Shown here piece by piece: positions 33,606 to 37,021 of a stretch of DNA of 37,021 nucleotides. The notes beneath the pieces are model-generated. The model saw only the letters and a program-made list of their open reading frames with translations, did not search any database and was not told where the DNA came from. The stretch is from contig WALG01000111.1 in the NCBI GenBank assembly GCA_015522955.1, positions 1-37,021 on the forward strand, written 5' to 3'. The position numbers and the translations under genes were made by a program. Source of the stretch: DHVE2 group archaeon (lineage in GTDB: Archaea; Thermoplasmatota; Thermoplasmata; Thermoplasmatales; Aciduliprofundaceae). Position 1 is the stretch's first letter. Every line of letters begins with the position of its first letter.

Positions 33606-34376
33606 ATGCTCACCCTCGTTGGCCTAGGACTCTATGATGAGAAAGACATAAGTATGCGCGGCTATCAGGCAGTGCGCAGCGCAGATATGGTTTTTGCAGA
33701 GTTCTATACCTCCCGTCTTATTGGGACAGAACTGCATAGCATGGAGGAGTTTTTTGGAAAAAGAATAACCGTGTTGAGCAGAGAGGATGTTGAGAATGGC
33801 GAAATGCTCATTGAGGCAGCGAGAGACAAGAGTGTTGTGCTCCTCGTTGCAGGAGATCCTTTAACTGCCACAACACACATATCGCTGCGTATTATGGCTC
33901 AGGAGCGAGGAGTAGAAACCCGGATTATTCATGGAGCATCCATAAGCACTGCAGGTCCCGGACTGTTGGGCCTGCAGCACTACAAATTTGGCAGGATAGT
34001 ATCTATACCCTATCCTCAAGATAACTACTTTCCCACCAGTGCCTATGATTTCATATATAGTAATTACAAACTTGGGCTGCATACACTCATACTTCTCGAT
34101 ATCAATCCCGAGCCCATGACTGCAAATCAGGCAATGCAAATATTGCTTGAGATGGAAAAAATAAAGCGCAAAAATCTTATCAAATCTCGCTCGCTTATAG
34201 GTGTGGTTGCAAGAGCAGGTTCTCCAAATCCCACAGTGCGTGCAGGATACCTTGGGGATTTAATCGATGAGGATTTTGGGTCACCCCTTCACACACTGGT
34301 ATTCATCGGGAAACTGCATTTTGCCGAGGCTGAGGCGCTTGTGAAACTTGCACATGCCCCTCCCGAGATTCTTTAA
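33606..34376 (+). CDS. dphB: Diphthine synthase (Dph5/DphB)
   Basis: 256-aa ORF with 'LTLVGLGLYDEKDIS.RG', 'LVAGDPLTATTH' and 'HTLILLDI', the tetrapyrrole-methylase-fold diphthine synthase pattern. A TATA-like 'aaatttaaataaag' lies about 25 nt upstream. Confidence 0.9.
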   Translation: MLTLVGLGLYDEKDISMRGYQAVRSADMVFAEFYTSRLIGTELHSMEEFFGKRITVLSREDVENGEMLIEAARDKSVVLLVAGDPLTATTHISLRIMAQERGVETRIIHGASISTAGPGLLGLQHYKFGRIVSIPYPQDNYFPTSAYDFIYSNYKLGLHTLILLDINPEPMTANQAMQILLEMEKIKRKNLIKSRSLIGVVARAGSPNPTVRAGYLGDLIDEDFGSPLHTLVFIGKLHFAEAEALVKLAHAPPEIL

Positions 34377-34456
34377 GGCTAAACTCCAAAATTATTTTAT
34401 ACCATAAGGTTTTTCGTGAACTGCCTATGATTGACTAAATGAAGGAGGTATAAAAA

Positions 34457-34822
34457 ATGGGAGCAATATATGTAAGATTTGAAGTTCCAAAGGAACTTCA
34501 GGATAAACTCTACAGTGCTGTAGAACTATCCCACGAGACTGGCAAAATAAGAAAGGGAACCAACGAAGTTACAAAGGTAGTTGAACGTGGCAATGCAAAG
34601 TTTGTGGTCATTGCGGAAGATGTTAATCCCCCCGAGATAGTAGCACATCTACCGCTTCTGTGCGAAGAAAAGGGCATACCCTATGGCTACGTTGCAAGCA
34701 AGCAGGAACTTGGAAAGAGAGTGGGCCTAAAGAGTGCAGCATCTGTGGGCATCTTGGATTTTGGAAAATCCGAAGAGGCGTTCAAGGAAATCATCGAGCA
34801 AATCAACTCACTCAAAAAATGA
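34457..34822 (+). CDS. rpl7ae: 50S ribosomal protein L7Ae (eL8 family; also binds box C/D and H/ACA RNPs)
   Basis: 121-aa ORF with '[10 protein letters not shown]', '[40 protein letters not shown]'. GGAGGT SD. Confidence 0.95.
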   Translation: MGAIYVRFEVPKELQDKLYSAVELSHETGKIRKGTNEVTKVVERGNAKFVVIAEDVNPPEIVAHLPLLCEEKGIPYGYVASKQELGKRVGLKSAASVGILDFGKSEEAFKEIIEQINSLKK

Positions 34823-34833
34823 AGGTGATTTAG

Positions 34834-35043
34834 ATGGTAGATGAAGCGACTCCAGCGGAAGTTGTCGAGATTATGGGGAGAACAGGGATGACTGGTGAGG
34901 TTACCCAGGTCAAGGTTCGCGTTCTGGAGGGTCGGGACAAGGGCAGAATTCTGACTCGCAATGTTATGGGACCCGTCCGCATTGGCGATATACTGATGCT
35001 CCGTGAGACTGCTAGAGAGGCCAGAAAACTTGAGGCCAGGTGA
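34834..35043 (+). CDS. rps28e: 30S ribosomal protein S28e
   Basis: 69-aa ORF with '[48 protein letters not shown]'. AGGTGA SD. Confidence 0.95.
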   Translation: MVDEATPAEVVEIMGRTGMTGEVTQVKVRVLEGRDKGRILTRNVMGPVRIGDILMLRETAREARKLEAR

Positions 35044-35048
35044 TTACA

Positions 35049-35300
35049 ATGCCTTACAAGAGAGTTTGTGCCTTTTGCGGCCGTGAGATAGAACCCGGGA
35101 CTGGAAAGATGTACGTTACCAGAGATGGTCGTGTTTACTATTTCTGCAGCAGCAAGTGCCAGAAAAATATGCTTAAACTTGGCAGAATCCCGAGAAAGAT
35201 AAGATGGACCGAAGCATACAGAAAGGAGAAGACTGTGAGACTGCATCTTTTGCAGAGGCGAGGGAATGAGGGAAAGAACACTGGTATTGCTAAAGCCTGA
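35049..35300 (+). CDS. rpl24e: 50S ribosomal protein L24e
   Basis: 83 aa from ATG 35049 (the track ORF begins at GTG 35040). Zinc ribbon 'CAFCGREIEPGTGKMYV..DGRVYYFCSSKCQKN..LGRIPRKIRWT'. The C-terminal tail overlaps ndk by 35 nt. Confidence 0.9.
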   Translation: MPYKRVCAFCGREIEPGTGKMYVTRDGRVYYFCSSKCQKNMLKLGRIPRKIRWTEAYRKEKTVRLHLLQRRGNEGKNTGIAKA

Positions 35301-35712
35301 TGCTCTCCACCGTCGCTTGGTAGGCGAGATTATATTGCGATTCGAAAAAAAGGGACTGAAGATTGTGGCAATGAAGATGCTCTGGGTCAGTAGAGAACTT
35401 GCAGAGAAGCATTACAAAGTGCATAAGGGCAAGCCATTCTACGAGAGCCTTCTTGACTACATAACCTCGGGGCCTATCATAGCCATGGTTCTCGAGGGTG
35501 AGAGCGCTATAAAAGTAGTGCGCAACCTTATGGGTAAGACCAACGGTGTGGAGGCCGCACCTGGCACGATACGCGGAGATTATTCAGTAAGCATACAGAA
35601 TAACCTAGTTCACGGTTCAGACTCGCCTGAAAGTGCAGAGCGTGAGATTTCGTTATTCTTCAAGCCCCAAGAGATTCTGGAGTACAGACTTGTTGACGAA
35701 GTCTGGATTTGA
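35266..35712 (+). CDS. ndk: Nucleoside diphosphate kinase
   Basis: 148-aa ORF with 'ERTLVLLKPDA', 'GPIIAMVLEG', 'TIRGDY' and the active-site 'NLVHGSDS'. Confidence 0.95.
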   Translation: MRERTLVLLKPDALHRRLVGEIILRFEKKGLKIVAMKMLWVSRELAEKHYKVHKGKPFYESLLDYITSGPIIAMVLEGESAIKVVRNLMGKTNGVEAAPGTIRGDYSVSIQNNLVHGSDSPESAEREISLFFKPQEILEYRLVDEVWI

Positions 35713-36945
35713 ATGTACACAGAAAGAGATATTGGCATCTATTCTTTTTTATCTACTACCCCAGGTATTGGGGGCAAATTGAGAAAGAACATTGATGATT
35801 TTTACGTTGAAGAGATACCCATCGATATTCCTAAAAATCCAGCAGGCAAACATCTCTGCCTCAGAGTAAGATTGCGAAACTGGGAAACTAACAGATTTGT
35901 TAAAATTTTGAGCAAGCATCTGGGTATAAGCAGGCGTCGCATAAGATTTGCAGGAAACAAGGATAAGAGGGCCATCACGGTGCAGTATTTCTGCATAATG
36001 AATTATAAAGGCAAGGTATCAATCAATATGAAGGATGTAGAGATTATAGATGCATTTCGCACAGATTATATACTCCACATTGGAGATTTGCTGGGCAATC
36101 GATTCGATGTGCTCATAAGCGATACAACATGTAATGATAGAGTTACCCGGATAGAGGAAGAACTTGCGGGCATGTTCCCCAACTTTTTTGGAGTGCAGAG
36201 GTTTGGAGCATCGCGGCCCGTAACACATATTGTAGGCAAGCACATAATTCGCGGCCAGTACGACGAGGCTGTGAGATACTATATAGGCTATCCCTCCTCG
36301 TTTGAGGAGGATGAAGGCCGCAGGATATTCTTCGAAACTCTTGATGCCAGAGAGGCTATAAAGAACATATCGCTCATAGCGGAGTATGAGCGTGCACTAC
36401 TCAATCATCTAATTACAAATCCTAGAGATTACATTGGTGCCCTCCGCAAATTGCCCGAGAATTTACTGCTTCTCTTTGTGCATGGGTATCAGGCATACAT
36501 ATTCAACAGAATACTGAGCGAAAGATTGAGAATGGACATGGACCTTAGAGTTGGAGATATCGTTATGAAAGTAGATTCTCACATGCTTCCTGCGCAGGAG
36601 TTTGTGACTGTGGACTCGTTCAATATCGATACTCTACGAAAAAGAGTGGGGGAGAGAAAAGCGTACTTATCCACCATACTGCCAGGATATGCAACCACAT
36701 GGAGTGATGGGCTACAAGGGGAGATTGAGCGCAAAATCATGGAGGAGGAGGGCGTAAGTTTCAGAGATTTTAGAATTAAGGAGATGTCAGAACTTAGTTC
36801 CAAGGGGCGGAGGAGAAATATGCTCTCTCCAATCTTAGATTATTGGCGGGAGGGTTGCGAATTTCACTTTACTCTGCATCCGGGCTCATATGCCACCTCA
36901 CTTCTTCGAGAGTTTATGAAAAGTGAGGATTTACAGTATTACTGA
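35713..36945 (+). CDS. truD: tRNA pseudouridine synthase TruD/Pus7 family
   Basis: 410-aa ORF with 'TPGIGGKLR..IDDFYVEEI', the catalytic-Asp motif 'AGNKDKRAITVQ' and 'FGVQRFG'. The ATG directly abuts the ndk stop. Confidence 0.9.
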   Translation: MYTERDIGIYSFLSTTPGIGGKLRKNIDDFYVEEIPIDIPKNPAGKHLCLRVRLRNWETNRFVKILSKHLGISRRRIRFAGNKDKRAITVQYFCIMNYKGKVSINMKDVEIIDAFRTDYILHIGDLLGNRFDVLISDTTCNDRVTRIEEELAGMFPNFFGVQRFGASRPVTHIVGKHIIRGQYDEAVRYYIGYPSSFEEDEGRRIFFETLDAREAIKNISLIAEYERALLNHLITNPRDYIGALRKLPENLLLLFVHGYQAYIFNRILSERLRMDMDLRVGDIVMKVDSHMLPAQEFVTVDSFNIDTLRKRVGERKAYLSTILPGYATTWSDGLQGEIERKIMEEEGVSFRDFRIKEMSELSSKGRRRNMLSPILDYWREGCEFHFTLHPGSYATSLLREFMKSEDLQYY

Positions 36946-37021
36946 GTCAAACCTTTTCGAGAGAAGAACCTTCGAAAATATGGCCGTCTTTTAAATGGTA
37001 ATTTTTTCCAAAATCTTTAAA

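Noticed and set aside
34377-34456. K-turn autoregulatory element in the L7Ae leader. Autoregulation by such elements has been reported for L7Ae in some archaea.
   Set aside because: The leader contains 'AUGAUUGA' and 'AAUGAAGG'. I could not assemble a C-stem, 3-nt bulge and tandem G-A arrangement with complementary flanks. The expected leader is only about 25-30 nt. The question is left unresolved rather than claimed.
36947-37021. Open frame on the minus strand reaching the window edge ('FKDFGKNYHLKDGHIFEGSSLEKV', stop at 36947..36949). It could be the 3' end of a convergent gene.
   Set aside because: Only 24 codons are visible. An open stretch of that length is expected by chance roughly one time in three, and there is no recognisable motif.
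1-37021. CRISPR arrays, cas genes, restriction-modification, toxin-antitoxin or other known defence modules, insertion sequences, inteins and rRNA genes.
   Set aside because: There are no regularly spaced direct repeats and no nuclease, integrase or transposase-like ORFs. I saw no split or interrupted conserved genes. All sizeable ORFs are accounted for by the features listed.

Overview
This is a densely packed archaeal chromosomal segment of about 40 genes on both strands. Spacers are almost absent except at 30.2-30.5 kb and 33.0-33.6 kb. Archaeal origin is supported by GatD/GatE, primase large subunit PriL, diphthine synthase, the L7Ae-S28e-L24e-Ndk-TruD string and an intron-containing tRNA. 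It is also supported by A/T-rich TATA-like boxes about 25-30 nt upstream of first genes and oligo-T runs after last genes. I cannot assign a taxon from the sequence alone. The gene content suggests a heterotrophic, possibly sulfur-respiring euryarchaeon.

Content in order:
- gatD-gatE.
- A 1592-aa stalked, membrane-anchored surface protein with a gingipain-like (C25) protease domain.
- An AK6/Fap7-type kinase and a CDP-alcohol phosphatidyltransferase.
- priL, preceded by an intron-containing tRNA-His.
- A biotin-domain-less oxaloacetate/pyruvate carboxyltransferase plus a small membrane protein.
- A minus-strand operon encoding a CBS x4 protein fused to an HPF/RaiA-like module, followed by TldD and PmbA/TldE.
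- A 13-gene Mrp-plus-complex-I-like respiratory operon. Its order and degenerate NiFe ligands match the Mbx/MBS (membrane-bound sulfane reductase) type rather than a hydrogenase.
- Isopentenyl phosphate kinase and a CTP-transferase-family membrane kinase.
- YbaK-like deacylase, an MFS transporter and a HAD hydrolase.
- An 830-aa secreted protein with three CBM9/DOMON-like repeats and a PEF-CTERM-like sorting signal.
- tRNA-Leu followed by an orphan gene fragment.
- dphB, rpl7ae, rps28e, rpl24e, ndk and truD.

I saw no CRISPR array, transposase, integrase or recognisable defence or toxin-antitoxin genes. The most system-like unexplained item is the CBS-HPF-like/TldD/TldE operon. The two large surface proteins and the tRNA-His/priL junction come next. 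All family assignments are by-eye motif recognition and need profile or structure searches.
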